A stretch of DNA of 62,800 nucleotides, filler included, from Octopus bimaculoides (GCF_001194135.2; 5 parts of 5 records of this genome joined end to end with filler, not necessarily neighbours in it); one strand, 5' to 3'. Positions 1-11,671 are shown, counted from the whole stretch's first letter. A program made the numbers and translations. Notes: generated from the sequence alone by a model not told the origin.

Positions 1-244
1 GAAAATATACGATTGGCATTAATTAGTATCTAGGTTAAAGGTCACAAATTAATATCGGGCAAATACTTAAACACAATTACTTATTATTTCACTGATTTAT
101 TATATATTTTTTTAAATAGATAAAAAAAAAATGTTGTAAAACTTGTTTGAGCATTTTGTCCGGTGTCGCATGTGATCTTGAACCCATTTAATATCGAATG
201 CCAGCCATAACGTCATGAAATTTCTGAAAAGATTTTTAGGAATT

Positions 245-915
245 GGCGCAGGTGTGACTGTATGGTAGGAAGCGTACTTCCCAACCACATGGTTTCGGGT
301 TCAGTCCTACGGCGTGACACCTCGGGCAAGTGTGTTTTACCATAGCCTCGGGCCGACCAAAGCCTTGTGGGAGGATTTTGTACACGAAACCGAAAGAATT
401 CCGTTGTATAGATAGATAGATAGATCTATGTGTGTACCTCTTTGTGTCAGTGTTTGTTTCCCCAAAATCACCCAACAGTAAATCAAAATTCCATAAATAG
501 TATCTGTCATTCTGTATTGACTCGAATGGAAAAATGTGTCACTCAAGAAGGACTTCTGTTTGAACAATTTTCATGACGTTTCATATTCAGTTGCTTTTAT
601 TAAATTCATTCAGTTGTTAAACATAAATAAATCTTGGAATTAAAGGGTTTTGATTTACTATCAGGTGACTTTTGGCCAACCTTGTATATATGTGTGTGTC
701 TTCGTGTTTGTGTTTGTTCCCCACCACTTCTTGGCAACCGGTATTGATGTGTTTACGTCCCCTCAAAACTAGAGTCGGCTAAAGAGAACGATACAATAAG
801 TTCCAGACTTTAAAAAAAATAAGTACTGGGGTTGATTCGTTCAACTAAGATTCTTCAATGCAGTGCTCCAGCATGGCTGCAGTCTAATAACTAAAACAAG
901 TAAAAGATAAAGATA
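245..915 (+). mobile_element. Family A tRNA/CORE-type SINE pieces (245-470 and 687-915) separated by the mariner remnant
   Basis: Head ggcgcagg..ggttcagtcc, CORE-like gacacctcgggcaagtg, tail gtgctccagcatggc...aaacaag. Confidence 0.75.
478..684 (+). mobile_element. 3' remnant of a Tc1/mariner element
   Basis: RMEKCVTQEGLLFEQ C-terminal motif, then TIR-like gtgacttttggccaaccttg followed by TA. Confidence 0.45.
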
Positions 916-1657
916 TGATAGATCAGTGATGGCTAGTGAAGACCTTGGAACCATGTTTTTTTGGAGGGAGGTTTGGGTATTGTACATCTAAGGCTACATT
1001 ATCTAATATCTTTCTCGTTTTTACTGCGGCAGTGTGAGATGAGTGCGATTTGGATGCTATCTCTAGCGAATTGAATGACCATCCCATACGTAAGAAGACT
1101 CTTGAGATCGTATAATTCACAGCTGTAAAGGCCACGAGCAGGTAGAATCATTGGCACGTCGGACAAAATGCTTGGCAGTGTATTGTCTGTCTTCACGTTA
1201 TGAGTTCAAATGCCACCTCGGTCGACTTTGCTTTTCATCCCTTCGAGGTCAATGAAATAAGTACCAGTTGAACACTGGAGTCGATATAACAGACTAGCCA
1301 TCTCCCCAAAATTTTACGCCTTGTGCCTATAATAGAAAGGGTAATTCACAGTTGACAGCAGCAGCAGCTACAGAAACAGCACTTGGTTTGCGCTACTGAA
1401 TGAAATTCCTCACGTGGGAAAATCTAGCAGCGATATATCATTGTTTTATCTGACACAAGTGCTACTTAACCTTTTTTTCTATAATCTCCCATCCCAATTC
1501 TTTCCCCTCACTCCTATACAAATACGATAAGAAAAAGTAGTCTTGTAAACAACATAATTTATTGCATAACATCAAAAGTTTTATACAGTGTGCGCGGAGT
1601 AATTGAGGTCACTTCTTTATCAGGTTATTACCTTCTTCAAACCAAATTAATAAGGTT

Positions 1658-1975
1658 TTATTTCAGATCCCCAATAGCAGATAAAGGTAAAGACTCCCTT
1701 CGGTCATGAATGACCATAGGATTACGCCTAGAAAGTTCCCTTCCGAGGCACAAGTCCGAGCAAGGTTGTTTGTGGAAGACTAGCAGTCGCCTAGGCATAC
1801 CAGCCTCCCCTCTCCACGTCAGAGATGTTATCCAAAGGAAGATACAGCTTGGCACCAGTGACGTCGCAACTCATTTCTACAGCTAATTGGAGCAATGTGA
1901 AATAAAGTGTCTTGCTCAAGAACACAACACTCAGCTCGGTACGGGAATCGAACTCACTACCTCTAACCACTGAGT
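1658..1975 (-). mobile_element. tRNA-derived SINE (family C)
   Basis: B box GAGTTCGATTCC, gtgttcttgagcaagacact core, ggtcattcatgaccgaagg tail. Confidence 0.7.
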
Positions 1976-2039
1976 CATGTGCCTTCACATAGCAGATACA
2001 AAAAAAAAAAAAATGAAAAGAGATGTAAGTCATTGTTCC

Positions 2040-2890
2040 CATAGGTACGGAAATCAGCGATTAAGAAATTACCGACTTTTTTTTAAATGTTGCAAGATTT
2101 TTTTTGTACAGAAAGTTTGGATAGAATTGCCTTCCTCCGATGGGAATGTTTCAACTGTATACTAAACGTCTGGATACTATAAAGGCACCGCAATTCATCC
2201 AACAGGTTCAAAACATTATCAATGATTATCCCGGAAAATCAATGAGTGTCATCGACCAGGAAATACAAGTTTTGTGTGCTAAGATATGGTCAATTAAAGT
2301 TTGCAAAGCGATTACTTAACAAGGTTAATAACTCTCACGAACAATGCATGCTTTGGTTCTTCTCTGGTGAGAAAAACTTCGACCAAGACCAAAACTCAAC
2401 CTAAAAAAATTATAGATAGTTACGTGCAAGTGCTTCTAATATCCCCAGAGTGACGCATACTAAGCTTCCAGCAACTGCGATAGTTTTAGAAGTGATGAGT
2501 AACGAAGGTCATGCCATGCTACTTCACAGTTTTCTACATAGTATTAGAATTAATGCTGTTGGATACGTTGAGGTGCTGGAAACAGTTAAGCCCTGGTTGG
2601 ATGAAATACATAGTGGAAGGCCACGTAACTCAAGAATGGATGTCAGACAATCTTTGCGATGATGTAACATCAAACTTGACGCCTTCAAACTCGCCAAATT
2701 TAATTCCTATCGACAACTACATTAGGAGCGATGCTGAAAGGGAAACTAATCGACATTCTCACAACCCCACAGCTTCATTGTCGTTGTTCCAGTAATGTCT
2801 GAAATAAGGACCACTTAGTGCAGGCATGTCAACAATTCCTGTCCCACACTGAAGCAGATATCGAATCTGAACGTGAATTCATAGAATAAT
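2040..2890 (+). mobile_element. Degenerate maT (DD37D-like) Tc1/mariner transposase
   Basis: PQFIQQVQNIINDYPGKSM, VMSNEGHAM...YVEVLETVKPWLD, TQEWMSDN...SNSPNLIPIDNY...ERETN and C-terminal ACQQF...EFIE*; QQD region deleted. Confidence 0.75.
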
Positions 2891-5800
2891 CTTTAAGAAA
2901 AGCTTATCGAGAATATTTACGCAATTTTAAAAAAAAATACATTTGGTTTTGCGAGATTAAAGTTGTTTTATTGAATTACCAAATGTTTACAAATACTTCT
3001 CACGCGCAGTGTTGATTTTAGTATTAGCTTTGACGAAGAGGGCGAGCTAGTAGAATCGTTAAAGCGTCGGAAAGAAAAAAAAAGCAGTGAAGTATTTGTT
3101 GCGGCTCTGTACGTTCTGAGTCTAAATCCTGCCAAGGTCAACTTTACTTCTGGAGTCAACGGTATCGACTAACTCCTCCCCTTAAAACTACAGGCCTTCA
3201 AGTGAAACGGTGGATAGGCAGAACTGTTACCTTAGTGTCAGAAAAAATGCTTAGAGTAATTTTTCCCGATGGTGTTAATGGTAGGGGTTACGACCTGAGT
3301 TCAAATCTCCAGTGTCAATAAAATAAAGTACTTGTCAACGGCATTGACTAATCTCCCCCTCTTAAAATATCTGGCCTTATGTCTAAATTACAAACAGCTA
3401 TTAGAATTGACACTGAGGTAAATAAATCTAGCAAAAACAGTATTAACAACTTTTCAGCCCCTGAATATCACAATATTTAAATGTCACTCGATGTACGTGT
3501 GAACCTCCATACAACAATGAGAAACCGTACTGAATATTGGATTTCAAATTTTGACATACGGTCAGCAATTTCCGGGGAAGACGTAAGTCGGTTACATCGA
3601 CTCAAGTGCTAAACTGGTACTTATTTTATCAACCCCGAAAGGATGAAAGGCGAAGTCGACCCCGGTGGAATTGAAACACAGAAAGATAAAAACGAAAAAA
3701 AATGCCGCTAAATATTTTGCTCGGCGCACTAACGATTCTGGTTTCAAATATTGGGCTGGCTCTCGGTCATTAGGTCGTGGATTCGACCAGTCCAGGAGGT
3801 ACGCAGCATTCTTGAACAAGTCACTTTATTTCCCATTCCTCCAATTCACTCAGCAGGCAAAAATTATTGCGAAGACTGGCAACACGTGCAAGTCAGCATG
3901 GACTTAGGCAATTAGTAGCATTAACGATTCTGTAATACAATCAAAAAACCTTCAGGCATGATGGAGAATACTTTTAAATACTTATTTGATGTATTTTTTT
4001 TTTATATCTTTTATTTGTTTCGGTCATTGGACGGCGACCGTGCTGGGGCTCCACTTTGAAGGGTTTAGTTGAACAAAAATCAACTCCAGTACCAATCCCT
4101 TTTGCAGAACTGCTAAGTTATGGGGACATAAAAACAACCACACACACACACTCCCATACATGTAGGTGCGTGTGTGATCGACGTTAAGTCTGTTTTCCAT
4201 GCTGGCATGGGTTGGATGGTATGACCAGAGCTGGCAAGCCCAAGAGCTGCACCAGGTTCCAGTCTGGTTTGGCTTGGTTTCTATGGCTGGATGCCCTTCC
4301 TAAGGTTAGCCACTTTACAGTGCTGGATGCTTTTAACGTGACACAGCATGAGCACTATTATATGGCACTGGCATGAGCGCTTATTACATGGCACTGGTGC
4401 AGGAGTCTTGCAGGCCAATCCTCTTTACCAGGGGGAGCAGCCTTGACACATCTGCTGTGGAGTATGGGTCTTCTTGAGTACAACAAGGCTCCATGTATCT
4501 CAGTCCTTTGTCATCTCGTCTGAAAGGTTTACAGAAACACACACACACACATATATACAACAGACTTCCACACAGTTTTCATCTACCAAATCCACTCACA
4601 GGGTATTAGTCAGTCCAAGGCACTTACCCAAGATTTTCAATGTTCTTTTTTTACACATTTCACATAAATAAATAAATAAATGAAATACAGAAAAAAAATA
4701 ACCATTTTCAAAGAGTAAGAAAGAAAAGAACAAACAAAAAACAATATTGAAAGTATTTAATTTTTTAAAAATATATTTACATACATAAAAATGTTCAATT
4801 CTTCGTTGATAAAATTTTATGTGAAATTTTAAATAATGTTTGACAGATTTTCATAAGATTATTTCTTTGTTTTACTGATCAAACTTTCTAGTATTATTGT
4901 AGTGCATAGATTACAGTAATCCAGTTTATTCTATATCTCAAAGGAGAAGGATAACAGAGCTGTGATCAGCAAACTCCAGAAAGAACAGTAAGGTAATCCC
5001 ATCATTGTAGGTTTGGCACATGTATATGAAGGACTCAGGCTGAAGGCAAAGAAAGGCCACAGTCAGCTGATTTGCCTCTATGCAGTCTCTTGATCTGCTA
5101 GAAATAGCAGCAAAGCAAAAATCTCACTTAAACATACTCTACCATTTTTTAAAAAAGGGAAGAACACATTGGACATTGTGTCCTAGATATACAAAAAAAA
5201 AAAACCAAAAAAAAAGGAAGGTCATCCACAATTAGGACAGATGCAATTTATCTTAATTTGGCAAAGTGTTGTCATGGGAACAGATACCGAAACATCAAAA
5301 GACACACGGAGCTGAAGATGGTGTGTTGTGAGCCTAAATATCTGGACAGTCTTTTGAACATGTGTATGTATATACTACATGTGATGACTAGAGGTAATTA
5401 ATACACATGTGGCTGTCTGAGGTTACATAATATGTAATGATGGGAAGGGGGAAATGTAAGTATGGTACAAATGACCAAATCTAATGAATAAACATGTGGC
5501 TATTGAGGTTACATACATGTGTAACATTGGAAAGGGGAAGGTGTAAATCAGTGATTCTTAACGTGGGGCATATGCCCCACCGCTGGGGTCTGGGAAAATT
5601 GTGGTAGGGTGTAGTGCCGTAGTTGCCAGACACAAGGTTCTCGTTAAAGTGAGTCACTTTTTTTGTTTTTTTAGTCAATAATGTCCTTTTTTTTTTTTCT
5701 GTACTCAGTAACCTAATAAAAGAGTTACTGGGAGATTCTTTTGTTTTACATAACTGTGTTAAAATATTGGTTTCAAATTTTGGCACAGGGCCAGCAAGTT

Positions 5801-6193
5801 CAGAACGGTGGGTAAGTCAATTATAAATCAACCCCATCAAGTGCTCAGTCAGTACTTATTTTATTGACCCCCAAAAGGATGAAGGGTGAAGTCAAATTCG
5901 GTTGGAATTTGAACTCAGAACATAAAGACAGATAAAATGTCGCTAAACATTTTACCCAGCTTGCTAACAAACCACTGATGGAGCATATATTTTTATGGGA
6001 TGTGATAGTTGGGTACAGGGGAAAATAGATGGGGAAACACAAGTGTAAATGACGTACGTATGTTATCAGGCGGTAACTAGTGCACATGTAAGCTGCTGGG
6101 GATATGTAATATGTAACAATGAGAAGGGGAAAATATAAGTATAGTACACATGATGGCTAGAACAAATTAATGCACAAGTGGCAATTAAGGATA

Positions 6194-6499
6194 CATGATG
6201 ATCTAACTGCAATAGATCTAACTGCATGATGATCAAACTGCATGATGATCAAACTGCATGATGATCAAACTGCATGATGATCTAACTGCATGATGATCTA
6301 ACTGCATGATGATCTAACTGCATGATGATCTAACTGCATGATGATCTAACTGCATGATGATCAAACTGCATGATGATCAAACTGCATGATGATCAAACTG
6401 CATGATGATCAAACTGCATGATGATCAAACTGCATGATGATCAAACTGCATGATGATCAAACTGCATGATGATCAAACTGCATGATGATCAAACTGCAT
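6194..6499. repeat. 16-bp minisatellite (actgcatgatgatc[a/t]a), about 17-18 units
   Basis: Directly visible; two variants occur in blocks. Confidence 0.95.
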
Positions 6500-6509
6500 A
6501 GCTGTATCA

Positions 6510-6784
6510 TATGGAGATGGGGTGAGTTTTCACTTCTAAGTACTATATCTCTACCCCATCATTGCATGTTGCGTTGGTCTAGTTTGCCACATGTGCATCA
6601 CTTCCAGTCATCATGCACAGTATATTTGCACCTTTTCTACACATCATTACACATTGGTGTTAGGAAGGGCATCCAGCTGTAAAAAACCATGCCAAAAACA
6701 GACACATTAGCCAGGTGTAGTCTTCTACCTGGTCGGCTCCTGTCAAACCATCCAACCCATGCCAGCATGGAAGGCAGACATTAA

Positions 6785-6826
<42 letters not shown>

Positions 6827-7060
6827 GGTACATACATATTATGAAGGGTGGGTGGGGGGTGATACATGTGTGATAAATCAAACCAACACAGTGTATAATG
6901 ATACGAGGGGAAGGTGCAAATATGCTGTGCATAATGACTGAAAGTGATGCACATGTGGCAAACTAGACCAACGCAACATGTAATGATGGGGTAGGGATAT
7001 AGTACTTACCATAAATAGAAGTGGAAACTCCCCCGAAACTCTTCCCCCCCCCATCTCCAC
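6510..7060. repeat. Inverted repeat, arms about 6510-6637 and 6903-7060
   Basis: Arms are near reverse complements; the ORF track shows the same peptide on both strands. Confidence 0.9.
6640..6826 (+). mobile_element. SINE 3' part (ggaagggcatccagc family) with (TGA)n tail; reverse copy at about 4170-4490
   Basis: ccaacccatgccagcatggaa...aaatgatgatg shared between both copies. Confidence 0.65.
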
Positions 7061-7532
7061 TGCAGTTAGACTATTTATAATACTAATGATGTTTTATAAT
7101 GTTAATTAATACAAGGTCTCAATTAATATAAGTAAATAATAATCCTTCTACTATAGGCACAAGGCCTGAAATTTTGGGGAAGTGGGGAGTGAGGGTTAGG
7201 TGATTGTATCAATCCCAGTGGTCATTAATTTTATTGGCTCCAAAGAGATGAAAGGCAAAGTCGACCTTGGTGGAATTTGGACTCAGAAAATGAAGGCAGA
7301 TAAAATGCCTAACAGCATTCTGTCCAATGTGCTAACTACTCTGTCAGCTTGCCACCTTAACAGTTGTAATAATATTAATTTTCTTACTTAGACGAAAGGT
7401 CAGTTTCAGAGGGGTTAAGGCAAGGTCAAATAAATTGACAATGGTGTTCATTTTACTGACTCCCCACAAGAGATGAAAAGGAAGAGTTATCAAGGGTGAG
7501 CGTTACTGCAGCTTAATACAGTAAGCTATGAA

Positions 7533-7735
7533 AGGCAGTGAGCTGGCTGAATTGTTAGCATGCCAGACGAAATGCTTAGCCGTATTTTGTGTGCCGTTAT
7601 GCTCTGAGTTCAAATTCCACCAAGGTTGACTTTGCCTTTCATCCTTTTGGGGTCGATTAAATAAGTACCAGTTATGCACTAGGGTCAATGTAATCAACTT
7701 AATCCCTTTGTCTGTCCTTGTTTGTCCCCTCTATG
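7533..7735 (+). mobile_element. Family B SINE; older copies also at about 1133-1335, 3040-3200, 16372-16570, 38772-38960 (+) and 3530-3735, 5765-5965, 7150-7335, 17290-17520 (-)
   Basis: Shared head and gtcgactttgcctttcatcc core. Confidence 0.75.
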
Positions 7736-7764
7736 TAAGCTAGGATAAGACTATGATAAAGTAA

Positions 7765-8530
7765 GCTAGGATAAGACTACAATAACGTCTGTAATGTTGA
7801 CAGATTCAAGGCTATGATGACATCTTGTAGTATTGACAAATGTGAGTCTATGATGACATCTGTAATATGAACAGATGCTATGCAATGATGATATTTGTAG
7901 CCTTGACAAATGGAAGACTATAACATCTACAGTATTAACAGATGTAAAGCTATTATAATCTCGGTGATGTAAAACTGTTAGATATGTGTAAGGCTTTGAT
8001 GACATGTAAAGTTATGGTAACATTTATACTGTTTAATTGAGGCAAAGCTGCAATGATACTAGTTACTGTTTAACCCCAGGTCACTCCAGATTACCTTCCA
8101 ACCTAGACTATCCTATCTTTTTTTTGTCAGAAATATACCTAGGAGTACATTATCCAATGTGTATCTACTTTTTAAAGGTAGTGGGATGTGATCTAAAGGA
8201 TATTTGGCTGCCATCTTCAGCAAGTCAAATGACCAAATAGAGGCCTCCTTGTTGACACTGGATGAGTGTATTGACAGGTGTAAGACTAGGATGACATCAA
8301 GTGTTGACAGGTGTCAGGTTTATGTTGATGTCAATAGTATTGACATATGTAAGGCTTTGACGATACTGTCATCAAAGCCTTAGATCTGTTAACGCTTACT
8401 GTCAACGTAATTAATGTCAATAGTGCTGGCAAATGTAAGGCAATGATGACATCATTAATATTGACAAATGTAAGACTGCAATGACAAATGTAGAGCTATG
8501 ACAACATCTGTAGTGTTTACATGTACAAGA
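7765..8530. repeat. Degenerate ~35-bp minisatellite (gacaaatgtaaggctatgatgacatctgtagtatt), interrupted at about 8030-8250
   Basis: Recurring tgacaaatgtaag..atgatgacatc. Confidence 0.75.
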
Positions 8531-8575
8531 CTAAGTGATAATGCTTGGAACATGTTTCTAGAACAAAGTAATTAT

Positions 8576-8653
8576 TTAGCGATTATTCAGACTAGATTGG
8601 TAAGTTGTTTTCAAAAGTACTGTACTTGATTCTAACTCCATTTGCTTCAGTTT
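8576..8653 (-). CDS. Next coding exon KLKQMELESSTVLLKTTYQSSLNNR* (terminal, or internal if a weak donor at TCAA|gtacag is used)
   Basis: Strong acceptor tttttctatgttctctttcAG|AAACTG; phase 0 continues the heptad LSALRKK-LKQMELE; TAA at 8576-8578. Confidence 0.55.
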   Translation of the reverse strand, partial: KLKQMELESSTVLLKTTYQSSLNNR

Positions 8654-8702
8654 CTGAAAGAGAACATAGAAAAATCAACTTAAGATTTCGGTTTATTTTT
8701 TT

Positions 8703-8922
8703 ACATAATTCTTATATTCTTTTATTTGTTTCAGTCGTTAGTCTGCAGCCATGCTGGAACACCACCTTTAGTCAAACAAATCGGGCCCCAGGACTTATTC
8801 TTTGTAAGCCTAGTACTTATTTTATCGGGCTCTTTTGCCAAATTGCTAAGTTACAGGGACGTAAACACACCGACATCGGTTGTCAAGCAATGGTGAGGGA
8901 ACAAACACAGACACACAAACAT

Positions 8923-8976
<54 letters not shown>

Positions 8977-9020
8977 GTCAGGCTTCTTTCAGTTTCTGTC
9001 AACCAAATCCACTCACAAGG
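8703..9020 (-). mobile_element. Family A SINE with internal (AT)n
   Basis: Matches the 22419-22817 copy. Confidence 0.8.
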
Positions 9021-9041
9021 CTTAAGGATACCTAAGTTATT

Positions 9042-9227
9042 ACAGTTCTATATTTAAGAGATGAGGAATTATGTACATTATTTACATTATTTACAATTGA
9101 CAGATATTTGTCCTCATCTTGTTTGTTGTTAACACAACGTTTCGGCTGATATACCCTCCAGCCTACATCAGGTGTCTTGGGGAAATTTCAAACCTGGGTT
9201 CTCATTCCTAAAGTATTTTTCGATGTC

Positions 9228-9258
<31 letters not shown>

Positions 9259-9338
9259 TCACTGCCTGGAATCGAACTCGGAATCTTGGGGTTAGTAGCC
9301 CGCACTCTTAACCACTACACCATATGCCCGTGGGCCTA
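9042..9338 (-). mobile_element. tRNA-headed SINE with a Penelope-like 3' part containing a minimal hammerhead fold; 10-bp TSD ctaagttatt
   Basis: A box TGGTGTAGTGG, B box GAGTTCGATTCC, internal (AAT)n, hammerhead at 9131-9176; TSD at about 9032-9041 and 9339-9348. Confidence 0.75.
9131..9176 (-). ncRNA. Minimal type-I hammerhead ribozyme motif (PLE-type), A9-to-U variant
   Basis: GACAC-CUGAUGUA-GGCUG-(10 nt)-CAGCC-GAA-ACGU-U-GUGUU: stem I, stem II, GAA, palindromic stem III. Confidence 0.65.
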
Positions 9339-9427
9339 ACTAAGTTATTTTCGTAAATTCTTGGTTATATCTAAAATTAATTGAAAGAAACACAGAGCAT
9401 GTCAAAATAAATAAGGTAACAAAAGGT

Positions 9428-9640
9428 TTAAACTGGCCATATCCAGCTAAAATATTCTACTTCATTTATGTTCAAAACAGCCAGATTCAACCTCTCATAC
9501 CTATCCTACAATGTCATTCTAAAAATAAACAATCACATTACCAAAATCTCAAAGTTACAAGATAATGCATGATTAATTCAAAATAATATAAATAAAAAAA
9601 TATTACATTTGGCAGAATAACCTGAATTCTAAAGGTTTAA
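9428..9640 (+). mobile_element. TTAA-ended (piggyBac-like) MITE copy
   Basis: Ends ctgaattctaaaggtttaa; reverse complement of 10899-11170. Confidence 0.6.
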
Positions 9641-10390
9641 GCATTGTTCAGTAATCTTTATCTCTCCTCAATTAATTAAAATTATTGCACTCGCTACATT
9701 AAATGTGTTAGCGATTACTTCAGTATTAACTGAACTATAGTAGACCACTGATATACAAAAAAAAAAAAAAATGAGGTTAATATTCAAGTATGTTTTTAAT
9801 TAGTTTAATAAGAACTCCGCCCCGAAGATTTATTTATATACTATCATGAATACATGAAGTATGATACCAACCATACTTAGACAAAATATAATTTTGAACT
9901 GACTGTGTAGCAAAGCCACACTGGGGTTGTATAATATTTCGGTAATTCCACACCATTTTATTTTATATCACACCATGAATTTATAGTTTTCCTAGTGCCA
10001 GATTACAGCCCTTATATCAATTGAGTGCGGAACTTTTTAATGTAACCCATCTCCGAATTCTATATATTTATTTATTTATTCATTCATTTATTTATTTATT
10101 TGTTTATTCGATACATAATGATTTATGAATGAAGATAAATAATAAGTCTTTTAGATTATTACATTTACAAAAATGGCTGATCATTAGTAAGGAAAGATAT
10201 ACAAATAAGAAAGAAGAAAGGAAAGGACCACTGACGGGGTCACAGAAGTGTGACGAAAGAACTCTGGCTGAAATACGATTAATGTAAAAAATAGAATAAA
10301 GCTGAAGCAAATTAACATTGAATATATAGTGTGTGTGTTTTTATTGGCTAAACTGGCAACGTGACCATCCCCAAATACAACAATATATAC

Positions 10391-10432
<42 letters not shown>

Positions 10433-10898
10433 CAATAGTCTCAATCCTGGACAGAGAACACAAGTACCTTACAATAGCTTAGCAATGTTAGTTTCCCAAA
10501 TAAAGTAATTTTGTGTCCAATATATGAAAGCATTAGCAATGTACTGTTTAACTTTCACATCTAAAATGCTGTTGTTTGAATTTATTAAGGATAAAAATGT
10601 CATTATGATAGCAAACAAAATATATTTATATACATCAAATACAAAACCAAAATATATTTAGACACTTGAAATGCAAACCATTTATATTTATATACTTCAA
10701 AGGCAATACAAAATATATTTTAGGCAAAGAAGAAAAGAGTAGTTGTTATTTTTATAAACACTGAATTTAAAACAGAAAAAAAAAATACTAATTAAAAATA
10801 AACTTTTATGGTTTGTGAACTTCTGTTGTTCAAAATATAGACCTTCAAAGACTATTAAAGAATAAAAATAGCGTAATAAAAAAAGTTAGAAAGTAGGT

Positions 10899-11170
10899 TT
10901 AACTCTGTAGCATTCAGATTACTTTGTCAAATGCAATACTTATTTATTCACATTGTTTTGAACTTATTATACGTAGCTGTTCACATTGAATTTATCATAC
11001 ATAGTTATTCACATTGTTTCAAATTTATTACACATGGCTAAGCTTTTGTAGCTTTGTGATTTCAGTGATGTGATTGTGTATATTTAGAATGACATTGCAA
11101 GGTAGGTGTGAGAGGCCTGATCTGGCCAAAACAGGTAGAATATTTGGGCCTGATATTGTCAGTTTGAATA
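10899..11170 (-). mobile_element. Same MITE family, opposite orientation, with an internal duplication
   Basis: Begins ttaactctgtagcattcaga. Confidence 0.6.
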
Positions 11171-11448
11171 TCAATTATAATAGTTAATTATAATAGTCAG
11201 TGACTAGTGTTTGTTTTATTTCTTTATTGATTGCTTCGTTTGTGGTGGAAGAATCTAAATGCTTTTCTAAATAGGGATTTTACCACTGGTGTTTTTTTTT
11301 TATCTGTGTGGGCATTCATTGTTTCCATGTAGGTCTATATATTTATTTACATTTAACAAATAAGTGATATACAAGCTAATCTTCATGGAAACATAGACAA
11401 TACAGTTTACCTACAATTAAATATGCGAAGAGAAATATTTTTATTTAC

Positions 11449-11535
11449 CTTTCTTAGTGCAGACAGTTCTTTCAAAAAGGCTTCTTGAGCAGCCGTTGAG
11501 GAGAGCTGGTCAACAGGCTTCCTGTCTTGTAAATC
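11449..11535 (-). CDS. Internal coding exon (87 nt, phase 0-0) of an unidentified coiled-coil protein: DLQDRKPVDQLSSTAAQEAFLKELSALRK
   Basis: Minus strand ctgtttctcatgttgcAG|GATTTA...AGAAAG|GTaaat; open frame, length a multiple of 3, non-repetitive, protein-like composition. Confidence 0.7.
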
Positions 11536-11612
11536 CTGCAACATGAGAAACAGTGTTTGAGTTTATTCTTCAATCCTTGTGAAAATGACAGGGCCTAACT
11601 CATCAACCTTAC

Positions 11613-11622
11613 CGTTTCCATG
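11613..11622 (-). CDS. 10-nt microexon CATGGAAACG (M-E-T), in frame with the 87-nt exon
   Basis: ctgttctttttgtAG|CATGGAAACG|GTaagg; 77-nt intron (11536-11612); ATG GAA ACG joins GAT TTA in frame. Confidence 0.5.
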
Positions 11623-11671
11623 CTACAAAAAGAACAGAGCTGTCTCACTCCAAGAATATTCTTTTAATCCT

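Noticed and set aside
4945-4988. Plus-strand exon EKDNRAVISKLQKE
   Set aside because: Plausible splice sites but no partner exons; adjacent to repeat sequence and antisense to the better-supported gene.
6194-6499. CRISPR-like array
   Set aside because: No spacers; pure tandem repeat in eukaryotic DNA.
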